From positions 1 through 58,029 of the forward strand of contig LVLI01000437.1 in the NCBI GenBank assembly GCA_001687465.1: DNA of 58,029 bases, in the 5' to 3' direction. Position numbers and translations under genes: made by a program. The notes under the pieces were generated by a model. That model did no database searches and was not told the DNA's origin. It saw nothing but the letters and a program-made list of their open reading frames with translations. Origin of the DNA: Halocafeteria seosinensis (Eukaryota). Below are positions 22,101 through 29,600 of this stretch, one piece after another. Each line of letters opens with the position of its first letter. Positions within the stretch are counted from its first letter, which is position 1.

Positions 22101-24924
22101 ATTTTCATACGACCCACCTCTGGTTGAAAGCGTTGTTCGTGTAAGTGGTGGCGACCAACCCAAAGACTGCGCGCCCTTTGAGCGCTGTATTACGATTGGC
22201 AACAACACGGAATGCGTCTTCGAGTACCCAGATTGCTTGCCCACCACAGGAAAGGTCAGAATAATGGCTATCGGAAAGAACTTTGGGCCAAATGGGGAGG
22301 TGCCATCTGTTAGACTCTTCATTGAAGGGCATGAGAGTGTTGAGGAGGAAGACTCCAGTTCTAACCCTCACACGAAAAGATTCTTTAAGCTTCCACCTGG
22401 TATTGGCGAAAACCTGCTTACGCGTATATGCGTATCTGGAGCGCCACAGAAGCAAACCAACGAAGATTGCTCTGAAGGACGCCTTTCTGAACCCCATCTC
22501 AACAGTTCTGCGCTCTTGTCCTATGATCCTCCTAGAATTAATTCTATCATGCCGAACAATCCGGATGCTACTGGAGAAGAGCTTGAGTTCTTTGGCGCAA
22601 ATTTCGGGCCGGTGGGAACGGAGTTGACAATAAGGCTTCAAAACGTAACCTGTTTAAACCCGCGTATCAAGCGTGGCCATTCAGCTTTAACATGTCAAAT
22701 GCAACCCGATGTTGTTGGCGCGAAGCGAATAGACATGACCATAGGGGATCGTGAAAAAGCTTTTCCCCAATGGCTTGAATTGGTCATTTCAGAATGCAAG
22801 CGTGGGTACTATGGTTTACAAGGAGAAATCTGTCTGAACTGTGAGGAGGAAGAACCGGGTGCTGTGTGCCCAGGAGGAGAGAGATACTTCGACTTGATTT
22901 ATGCAGAAGAAGAATGGTGGCGTACCAATGACTCTACCCCTTCCGAGCGATGCCATCCGAAAAGGCAGTCGCGAGAACGTTGCCCGGTCTTTTTACCGTG
23001 TGAACCGAATCGTGCTTGTACTGGAAACAATACATGCGCTAAGGAGTACACTGGATTCCGCTGCAGCGACTGCGCTGATGGATACTTTAGGATTGCCGGT
23101 CTCTGTCAATCCTGCCCCGACCATGCTTGGTTGTTGGCGGTAATGCTCGGAGTTGGAGTTATAGGAGTTTCAGTTGGTGGTTACATCATTAACTCCAAAG
23201 GCGTTCGACTCGCGGCATTCACCATAGGGATCGACTACTTTCAGGTATTGGCCTTGTTTGCAAGAACACGAGTAAGATGGCCTGAGGTAATGGAGCGAAC
23301 TCTTCAGGCTCTATCGTTCTTTAACCTTAACCTTGAGCTGGCCGCACCGTCTTGTTGGATGTCGCCGCCGCCAACATTTGAGGTTAAGTGGATGGCAACA
23401 ATGGCAGTACCTCTCCTTGCGTTTGGCCTTTTAAGTTTGATATATGTGTTGCACTATTTTTACAAACTGTGTATTCTGAGACGAGAGGCACATTTGCGCC
23501 ATACCCATATAAACTCCATAATTGCTACTTCGGTGACAATTATGTACGTTTTATACCTCTTCTTGGCCAGACGGACTTTGGATATTTTCAATTGTGCACC
23601 GACGGATCCTCCTGATGGCAATCTCTACATGGCAGGTAGAACGGATATTGTGTGTTGGGAGAGCCCGGTACATGTTAACCTCCTTGCACCTTTAGCAAGC
23701 ATTGGTTTGGTCGTATACGTCTCGGCCTTTCCTCTTGGTGCCATCATGTTGCTTAAGCGGAACAAAGAGAGGGTGAAACATGATCAAATTCTTCGTGCAC
23801 ATGGTTACGGTAACAGCAGCCGGACTAACCCCAACTATGTCTTCCGGCGGCGCTTTCAACGCCTTTATCATTTGTTCAAACCTGGAAAGTGGTATTGGGT
23901 ATTAGTTATCCTACTGCGGAAGTTCTTGATAGCTTTAACTGCTCTGATGTTCAGGTCGTCGCCCATTTACCAACTCGCGATGACGTTATTGGTAATATTT
24001 GCTTCGTATGTACTTCAAGTTAGGAATCAGCCGTACATGGCTAGCAAAGACTTTTATGACATAGTCAAACATCACAACCAGCGTGTTAAGGAAGGCGACA
24101 AGCTGCACATGATGATTCAGAGTACGATTGATGAAACTAAATCGCAGAATATGAAGGAAACTCAGAAGAATTTCGGCTGGGAGGCACAGCGAGCAAGAAT
24201 GCAAGAAAAACGAGACGATTACCAAATCTCAGAGAAAGTAATCACTTACTTGACTGACTTTAATACTGTGGAAGCAATTTTGCTGTCCTGCGCCATTGTT
24301 GTCAACTTGTTTGGTATCATGTTTTTATCCACGCGGTTTGACGAAGAATCAATGGAGCATTACCGCGGGGACTTCGAAACCCTTGGTATTCTTGCTATGT
24401 TAGTTGTGGTTCTTAGCGTGGTCTACTTTGCTTTCGTTTTCGTGTTCGAGATCCTGTCAACGTTCTATCCAAACACGGCCTTAAGATGTGCTGCCGGTTG
24501 CTCTTGTGGCGGATCCGCAGTGCGGGCTCGTGCAACCAGTAAAGGGGCCAACGTGAAAAGAGATCGCCAGACTCGAGGAATTTCGTTGGCAGATTCAAGG
24601 GCCTCTTTTACAGCATACAATAACCCTCTTTCGGGAGAAAACAAGGATGAAAAGAAGGAGCAGCACAACGACCCGGCTACCGTTAGAGAATTGGAGAAAG
24701 CGGTGGAAGAGGTACAGGAAGAAATCGCTGCACTAAAAAGGAAACCATCAGTGCGCTCTGGAAAAAGTCAGTACTCGGTATACATGGCGCAGAAAGCAAA
24801 GCGTCAATTTGGACAGAAACAAGCGAGCGGGCGTTCCGTACGAACCTCCTCCACCAGCAGAACTTCCAACCCATTGCATGGTACTTCCACTTCCACCTCA
24901 AACAGCAGTAGCGGTGAAGCTTAA
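13192..24924 (+). CDS. Giant multi-pass surface receptor, paralog B (~3886 aa), same architecture as A and C
   Basis: Likely start MEALGRLILSSVGLGAALCITMTADA at 13192 (signal peptide; earlier in-frame ATGs from 13135 are possible). Exon 1 ends at 13383, intron 13384-13455, exon 2 is 13456-24924. Approximate regions: Cys-rich to ~14700, cadherin-like ~15150-18240, IPT/TIG ~18240-22790, Cys-rich ~22790-23120, TM ~23125-24460. Confidence 0.9.
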   Translation: MEALGRLILSSVGLGAALCITMTADAVPSGCTYEISVNDQCCYCFIGTYMDVQVNATNFCCDCEVGLDYYHDSSALSKHGIFVVYVLQPGTVNNDATFQRYFSRAETCTKCPIGTFQKDSGKTECKTCPLGRYSGEGATACTSCAPGRFQDDKFKSGCKECPAGFAEESSGSSSCNICPKGFYAKPEATSCRRCPRGYIGDTEGLEDCKICDKGKHAGRQGLTSCSTCSPGNFEDSMGAAWCNRCPGGYYQPNSGETTCIQADKGNYAKRGARSQTPCPMGRYAASPGSPNWRCEGQVQAGRYSQQSGLTSKIAGSLCPAGRYGRAGETDPQCTAACPAGYFCNAGTGEGEYEECGDVSLYCPRGSKAPREVPEGHYASGKTKQTQGHAHLCQLGHYCQNSEIFNCPEGYYGGERGLTVETCSGPCDDGYYCPEGSESRRQEECAPPDAPNDERTLYYCRNGLRMTCDDGFTSPIHGNKATRTRCHSCPHTHRCFKGRRLSKISWNDRYCRFHNRRDTMYVREVDVDSSPELIGERLSADVRVANEKLYYWVSSIVENGRTIEGGKCEDDVTENSPISMVTLVDQGNTFGEGNEKIQQYDGMLKVNNGSTLRFDQCGRYDVQVGITVVESNVNESIPGVSATLTEKCRFEMVVEFVNSPPQKVDGKLGDTEKMEVFRGTGVMESFGDSLAPKFDDPDGQELMFMLAETDGEGNDVEHDHPFTIGACSGQMKVRDPTMLIEMEETVVTFLIMVTDNAPDNPGELFQKVEVTLIQPNRAPQVADDPPALYVIEKSPAGTPVYTAQDPSGVNTTSLLDPAFVMDPDGDALNVWLSPCTTENYCNAFSLSPDGNLTVKHPGFLSFDRPRDLALFVRVIYSDQDAEPVETLVELTVQELRSAPSIETTSFSFDEDVQNGTRIDTLAAVDNGATDFRYHTKSIRNNRGEEESRISILSDGGIVVIDNSFNSILCRDVPCANCSDFDLWIEAIVTAEVTERTDSLPGPTESAPTAVRFEIGLVNQPPRYIAPAQAVTVEENIATTVVDVSRFFCDREGDSMFFSIDPDATGPATQFSVGNDGNLELEEALDYERFQVVNIPVVVQDIGSSESQETTLDIYVVDVPEPGTVHPEEMQVQELYEGQVGNINVTDPDIYAGTNKWLSSEPSKYKIQQKTLSDKFVLEENGTVYVAPGYIPDFEDIATGRGDQALLSLQYSVIDTVNEVSAEHTLDIRILDVAEAPFFEPREQKFSISITSEPGDTLGTVEALTQDFDDPTSVFLTSGPYLKEGASRKPFSLTLRENGQLLVEPGVPIDLNSSDVDSEYEIRVRAVDSQGLEVNGTHRIKVTNSQANPFWEEPNAFTEDGDGKIVRYIDEHHSGKYNHLNLLCKDPNEREVRYQILSMDPRVYGDILKFNRFDGTLSVSEPELLDYETLKNDGHTTVSIRLTCLDDFNAQADLSGMLEMRVNNVPEPPQFLSDSSLLEFSVHEDALEGLVLGEVSASDEDFESASNFSFTIVPESSVPFTVTEPTFAEDGHVGRVNLTVDGELDYAKTSSHTFRIRVMDEGGKTAEIPVHVSIVFVNTPPEFLRKTYEISAPESATNEDVLATIEDFPFNDRYLDPTHTLKVIWADSPGLLTVVSNNELRVASGRSLNYEQIWYHKFAIRVEDAGGLHDDANVTLFVKNVNDMGLQQASGGPHSTKGGSIITIQGADLGPVWRPATINATIRAPGGHMVLFSQCSRGQEEDGWNNKNIDCEVPSGVGASLIWTVHIDEDSTEAPFTTQFFAPEITSLQHWPESASTSGGEQFRIEGKNFGPKQLPSANGQYIANPVAISYESLEDFRVGTLQASDCEVIKEDEEIQCTTIEGAGSELRFRATIGTLNSGWQQRSPWKETNKGYQHPSVDSVVPLSFNFPTDGLPRALRVDGRNFGPSDNLITAKIENEQFEWSLPCSRSNHTVLICDLPEGLGRELRVRVTVAKQISSIEGDDDTISYDPPQLGEVVDVVGKPPQDLNTEGNELVILIGENYGPVIENAVTNVISVRYGESLEYQAKDCFVSVPHAQIRCITVEGIGKNHSWQVEAGGQQSNILLDVSNYHPPVVATYSRPNSNVIGVNDLKTPGNETVVIHGRYFGPADTEIDFAKYGDDNVTFFAQQCDVLDHTVMHCMSDAGAGEGHFWEIQIGGQSSEIATTAYKEPSISYFEGHDGSDPQRLRTTGNEWIDIVGENFGPRTAYLESVTYGPRGDEHSATSCTVHSHQRIRCQTAPAHGQLHKWRVVIAGQRSKLSETTTSYAPPVIYSIFPDHGPTGFDKSRGVMPTLKINGTDLGENLVQRIPIKIRMDTDGRLRKLKELEEIVEDSDDVLSRVLARQQEDPSTWMDDIGALGFPPSTMEQWLDDIVSIDVGITEIEPIEGGAPYEQQISVALPSGFGTNRPLFVSVGGTFSLPVQFDYDPPSIEGISPSIEGDTVLLTIYGSNFCGGSSCVGPSCCGLLRVDGVPREVEPENYFHDEIRERVPSSMLVFTPRGRPTGTVQVSVLHQSQSTNIKPFKDPLPEIPRQEGRVKLNGFATEGSEDFKLVDVKEVQESHTAEQVSVTIGGEPCTSFQVDQTVFEESTQTWRGNISCITPPHMGNDLLVSITVDGTEAPNSDVTVDYASPTICSVDFNDTTPNAVVFSRETDECSDVFSRRGRALDDSKKERLPTTGAVLLIKGDNLGSSELPFDQEPFLSIESLQEATKPELHDHHLLRVRIPPGAGADRRAEFFVSDFRSSGSPPPSFTFDYMVPRIDEIVPRELPTNPTPADRMFIFGANFGPPTGTYRAESSDAYCPDVLVELDTDHDGAYDATCDVLGSNHSVIECQPPEGQGNKILLRVSVDDQRPESPAVLSYKSPSVELMDPASGPTSGKIGDGEPVNITITGTNFGRRGHIQFGEQVVPPLKYNHEEIVFRLPDGFGEGLSVFVIPDGWNPKNAGASKRMSFSYDPPLVESVVRVSGGDQPKDCAPFERCITIGNNTECVFEYPDCLPTTGKVRIMAIGKNFGPNGEVPSVRLFIEGHESVEEEDSSSNPHTKRFFKLPPGIGENLLTRICVSGAPQKQTNEDCSEGRLSEPHLNSSALLSYDPPRINSIMPNNPDATGEELEFFGANFGPVGTELTIRLQNVTCLNPRIKRGHSALTCQMQPDVVGAKRIDMTIGDREKAFPQWLELVISECKRGYYGLQGEICLNCEEEEPGAVCPGGERYFDLIYAEEEWWRTNDSTPSERCHPKRQSRERCPVFLPCEPNRACTGNNTCAKEYTGFRCSDCADGYFRIAGLCQSCPDHAWLLAVMLGVGVIGVSVGGYIINSKGVRLAAFTIGIDYFQVLALFARTRVRWPEVMERTLQALSFFNLNLELAAPSCWMSPPPTFEVKWMATMAVPLLAFGLLSLIYVLHYFYKLCILRREAHLRHTHINSIIATSVTIMYVLYLFLARRTLDIFNCAPTDPPDGNLYMAGRTDIVCWESPVHVNLLAPLASIGLVVYVSAFPLGAIMLLKRNKERVKHDQILRAHGYGNSSRTNPNYVFRRRFQRLYHLFKPGKWYWVLVILLRKFLIALTALMFRSSPIYQLAMTLLVIFASYVLQVRNQPYMASKDFYDIVKHHNQRVKEGDKLHMMIQSTIDETKSQNMKETQKNFGWEAQRARMQEKRDDYQISEKVITYLTDFNTVEAILLSCAIVVNLFGIMFLSTRFDEESMEHYRGDFETLGILAMLVVVLSVVYFAFVFVFEILSTFYPNTALRCAAGCSCGGSAVRARATSKGANVKRDRQTRGISLADSRASFTAYNNPLSGENKDEKKEQHNDPATVRELEKAVEEVQEEIAALKRKPSVRSGKSQYSVYMAQKAKRQFGQKQASGRSVRTSSTSRTSNPLHGTSTSTSNSSSGEA
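13384..13455 (+). other. Spliceosomal intron (72 nt, 3n, stop-free) of paralog B
   Basis: GAA|GTAGGT...TTTTGCAG|CCT at the same position as the A and C introns. The 24 aa it would encode (VGLDYY...YVLQ) have no counterpart in the spliced paralogs. Confidence 0.85.
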
Positions 24925-25200
24925 TGTTGGATATTTTGGTATGTATCGAAAGTATCAGCATCTGTCTCATTCTTGCATTGCTGTTACATGGCTGCTCGTA
25001 GTTGTAAAATATCAACACAACCCGGCCAGATGTACTCAACGGTACTTCCACTTCCACCTCAAAGAGTAGTAGCGTTGAAACTTACTGTCGAATATTTTGG
25101 TATGTATCGAAACTATCAGCATCTGTCTCATTCTTGCATTGCTGCTACATCGCCGCTCGTAGCTGTTAAGTACCAACAGAACACGACGAGTTCACTCCGA
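24880..25200 (+). repeat. Two-copy tandem repeat, period 161 bp, overlapping the stop codon of paralog B
   Basis: GGTACTTCCACTTCCACCTCAAA occurs at 24880 and 25041. The blocks ATATTTTGGTATGTATCGAAA and TATCAGCATCTGTCTCATTCTTGCATTGCTG are shared by both copies. Confidence 0.9.
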
Positions 25201-25239
25201 ATGGCCTCGTATAGTTCCTGTCTCCTGCAATATCCGCGG

Positions 25240-26425
25240 TAATATGAAAATTCCAAGCATCACTTTCGTTGCTCGATTCGTACCAGTAAGGTCTATTCGT
25301 CTTGGCTCGATTGCTGCTTGGCGACGTGTCATCAACTGTGGGGCCGGCCACTGCCCTCCCTCTTTCTCCCAGCACGAAATGCGTGATAATTCCCACCCTT
25401 CACATGACCATAATCAGTATATGAGAACTTTGTAGTATGACTGTAGATTGTGAGCCACTCATCATCACTGTGGAAACGGGTGACAGTCAATACATAAACC
25501 CGGATGTCCGGAGTGTTGGCTGCGCTAGTCCTGCTGCGCTGAACCTGCCCTGTTCTCAAACGTTTACGGAGTGATTTGGAAGCACCTTTGAAGCTCGGAA
25601 ATATGCTACACTTGAAGCTCAGAATTAGGCTGTACTGTAAGTTGGACAAGAGGAACTCTTTGGCACGATGGCTCCGATCATAGGGTGGTTTGAACAAATA
25701 CCGTACAACAGTACCACCAAAGAAAGAAGGGAGCCATTGTTTTGCCTTCGATGATTGTACAAGTACAGTACAGGTTACCACTGATTCATATCGATTCCAG
25801 CTGTAACAAATTTGATACATACAGTAGGAGTGTCAAAGTCTGGTGTGGAATATCTACCGCCCAGAAGAAGTTCCACCGGGATGAGGCCTCAAACAGTTTC
25901 TGCTTCCCTCACTAATATATAGAAAATCCATGCTTCAATTCGTTTGCTCGATTCCTACCGCCGGTAGCTTGTCTTGCCGCGATTCCGCTTCCGCAAGCGC
26001 TTGTTTCTTGGCGACACATTGCCGGGTTGTGGGAACAACTTCAATGACGGGATCCACAATTTTTTTCGCAGCAACTCAACCACCACTAAATGCATGATAT
26101 TGCCCATTCGTCAAATGGCCAGTGTCTGAGCAATGTATCGTGTGAGTGTGGGTTACAAGACACTCCTCGTAGTTGCGGAAACGGACGATAATATGATCAG
26201 AATGCCCCACAACGCCCCTGGCTCGTTTCTTGGCCTGCTGAACTTGCACCTCAGTCATTGATTAGGAGATTTGGGAGGTTCTTAATTGTGCTGTACTGTA
26301 AGTTGCAAAGGGGGATGCAAGAACGCGGTTGGGACGATAGCTTGAGTGATAGCGTGGTTTGAGAGATACAGTACAGCACACTGGGTCCACAAGGAGCTGA
26401 TCACCGGAGGTTTTGATATACCATA
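25240..26425. repeat. Degenerate tandem duplication (two ~0.5-0.6 kb units, offset ~660-710 bp) in the B-C spacer
   Basis: Colinear anchors: TTGCTCGATTC (25269/25944), AAATGCnTGATA (~25377/~26088), GCTGTACTGTAAGTTG (25629/26290), GTGGTTTGA (25685/26354). Minus-strand translations also align (TDYGHVKGGNYHAF vs SDTGHLTNGQYHAF). Confidence 0.75.
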
Positions 26426-26673
26426 CATATATGTAGTACTCGATGAACTGAATGCTGCGCAGATTAGTCCTGAACCATTGATCGATACAGTTTCTCGTGA
26501 TACCAGATGAAATACAGTCGCTCGTGCGTACAGAAAGCAGGAAGGAGATCGGGTTCATAAATACTGTAGAGATCCGACCAAAGTCAAAAGGACAAGCCGA
26601 AACAACGCATTGTTTTCTCTTACTTACCACCGGAGTTTCTAAACACACAGGACCGGCAAGAGGTTCCACCGGA

Positions 26674-29600
26674 ATGGAGAGGATCCCGTTCTCACTTATC
26701 CTCTTCTGTGTCCCACTGTGCATGGTGCACGCCTTTGGACCGCCCCACATACCAGAAGGATGCTCGGCGGAACTGAACATTAACGGACAATGCTGTTATT
26801 GCTACATTGGAACTGCCATGACGGAAGTCGTCAACAAAACGAATTATTGTTGTCCGTGTCAGGTACGTGGTATGAGTGTACTCCATTCCAGGTTTTAGTA
26901 GATGCACAGGAAGTTGCGTTTTCTATGCCCGTACAGGCCGGACAATACAATGACGATGCCTCATTTGCCAACTATTTTACCAGGGCAAACAGTTGTAAGA
27001 ATTGTGAACCAGGGAAGTTTCAAGAGAAGGAAGGACGAACGGATTGCAAGAACTGTAGTCCAGGGAGAGTTTCCGGTCCTGGAGCAACGAAATGTACGGA
27101 TTGTTCTGCTGGACGGTACCAAGATGAAATTCTTAAGCAGACTTGTAAAGCGTGTGAGCCAGGGAGAGCCGAAGGCTCGACAGGCTCCTCACAGTGTGAG
27201 GCGTGTCCCCAAGGGTTTTCTCCTTCCGATGATCGGAGCAGATGCGACCGGTGTCCTCATGGTAGATTCGGCTCAGCACCGGAGCAAGACGAGTGCGAAG
27301 TGTGTGACGTTGGTAAACATGCGGGACAAACAGGATCAACACACTGCGATATTTGCAATCCTGGTCGATATCAGCCTCAACAGGGGCAAAGATGGTGCAG
27401 GTGGTGCCCTGCAGGGTATTTTCAAAGTCAACACCAGCAGACCGAGTGTATTCAAGCTTCCAAAGGCTTTTATGCCCCCCGTGGTGCACGTTCGGAGACG
27501 GAATGTCCTAAAGGGCGTTATTCGTCTGTGAAAGGATCCACAAGTTGGAGGTGTGAAGGACTTGTGAATGCTGGACGATATTCCCAAGTGACTGCTGCTG
27601 TGAGCGCCGTCGGAGAATTTCCGTGCCCTACAGGACGTTATGGACGCCCTGGTGAAGTCCATGACGATTGCACTGGCATGTGTCCTCAAGGATATTTCTG
27701 TCCTGAAGGAACTGGGATACACGCCTGGGAAGACTGTGGCCCCAAGGAGAAATATTGCCCGTATGGAACTCTTACGCGTCGCGATGTTTCCGAAGGACAT
27801 TATGCTCACGGTACTCCCCCAAATCAAGTCGGACAAAGTATCTGCCCGTTTGGATCCTATTGTCAGGACACTGAGCGATTTCCTTGCCCCAAAGGAAGAT
27901 ATGGCGATGAGCGAGGTCTGACGGATCCATTGTGTGTTGGGTATTGTCAGGGAGGTTACTTTTGCCCGGAAGGTAGTCGATCTGTCCGGGAAGAAGTGTG
28001 CTCTAACAGAGACCCACTGTTCTACTGCACCGAAGGACAGCGGTACACGTGTGATGAGGGATACACAACCCCTGTTGGCCACAGTGCCTCAACACGAAGT
28101 GCATGCCTACCTTGCCCCCAAAAGTTCCGGTGTCTCGGAGGGGTGCGTCTGGCCAAAATCATATGGCAGGACAGCATGTGCCGTCACAACCGTGCGAGGG
28201 ATACGATGTATGTGCCGACTGTGGAGAAGGAAGATTCTCCGGCTGATATAGGGGAAATATTTAAAGCTGAGGTCCGAGTGCCTTACGACAGTTTGGAATA
28301 CTCGATTGCTTCTATCAAGGAAAACGGACGGAACCTTGAGGGTGGACGGTGTGAAGATGACGTGACGAATGATTCTCCTATAGAAATGAGAACGTTTGTG
28401 GATTCCGGTCGGCTGTTCAATGGAAACATTCAACAACAAAATGGACAGATGAGGGTCAAAGCTGGCTCTGAGCTCAGGTTTGCGGACTGTGGGAGATACG
28501 ACGTGAAGGTTTCGCTAAGCGTTATTGAAACTGGAGTTGTTGAGACAGGAAACATAAGTGCTTTGGTTGTTGAGTCTTGCTGGTTTCAGTTGGTCGTTGA
28601 ACATGTAAACTCCCCTCCTGAGAAGAAACCAGAGTTTGGGTTCCTGAATGAGACGGTATTCCTCGAAGTAGATCGTGGTGAAGCCTTTGATGCGGCCATC
28701 GGGAAGCCTTTAGTGCGAATGTTCACTGACCCAGATCGTCAGGAACTTACATTTACCTTCACTGAAAAAGACAATGATGGAAATAGTGTTACCGTGACCC
28801 CTCATCCGTTTTCCATGGGTGCGTGTACAGGACAGGTTAAGGTGAATGATCCACTGTTACTGCTAGAAACAGTACACGATTATTTCGAAGTGTATGTACT
28901 GGTCAGTGACAATGCACCCGACGAACCAGGAGAGATTGTGCAGGTGGTAGGGATCAACGTGATTCAGCCGAATCGTCTACCTACGATCCAGGAGAATGCC
29001 CCAGTGCTCTATATTGTGGAAAGATCTCCACCAGGGACAATGGTTACAACAGAGCAGGATAGGTTGGGCGTAAACATCACCACTCTTCTGCATTCGTCGT
29101 TTGTTATTGATCTTGATGGAGACGAAATGACGGTTGAGCTCGAGCCTTGCTCTCGCGAAAACTACTGCAACGCATTTCGACTGACGCCGGACGGCAATTT
29201 GACTGTGCGAGATCCCCATTACATATCTTTCAAAGAACCCGTGGACTTAGCCCGCTTTGTACGGGTCAAATATTCGGACGGCTCGGGCGGGGAAGACGCC
29301 AAGGTTCACACTTTACTCGAGTTAAAGATTCAGGAATTACGAAATGCTCCAGTTGTGACGTCCGATGAATTCGCCGTTCGCGAAGATGCAACGGGTAATA
29401 TTGCACATGCCCAAATTGAGGCTTTCGATGCCTTCGGCATGTCGTTTCGGTTTACACTGGTAAGTTCAGTGAATAACCATGGCGAAACTGATGAGCGGAT
29501 TGAGATAACCGCGGATGGTAGTGTTAAGGTATCGGATGAGGCTTCGTTCGATTCAGTGCTGTGTCAAGGCGCTAACTGCTTAAACTGTACGGCCCATGAT

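Noticed and set aside
22910..23200. Recent gene conversion between paralogs A and B
   Set aside because: Protein identity is very high but synonymous positions differ extensively, which indicates purifying selection instead.
22790..24460. Classification of the giant proteins as Flamingo/CELSR adhesion GPCRs
   Set aside because: No LamG or GAIN/GPS motifs are visible, and about nine rather than seven TM segments are present.
24880..25200. CRISPR-like array
   Set aside because: Only two long diverged units with no repeat-spacer structure, in a eukaryotic context with no cas genes.
26790..26936. ORF-track N-terminus of paralog C (MLLLLHWNCH...)
   Set aside because: It is an out-of-frame reading of exon 1 plus intron; the spliced model restores homology with A and B.
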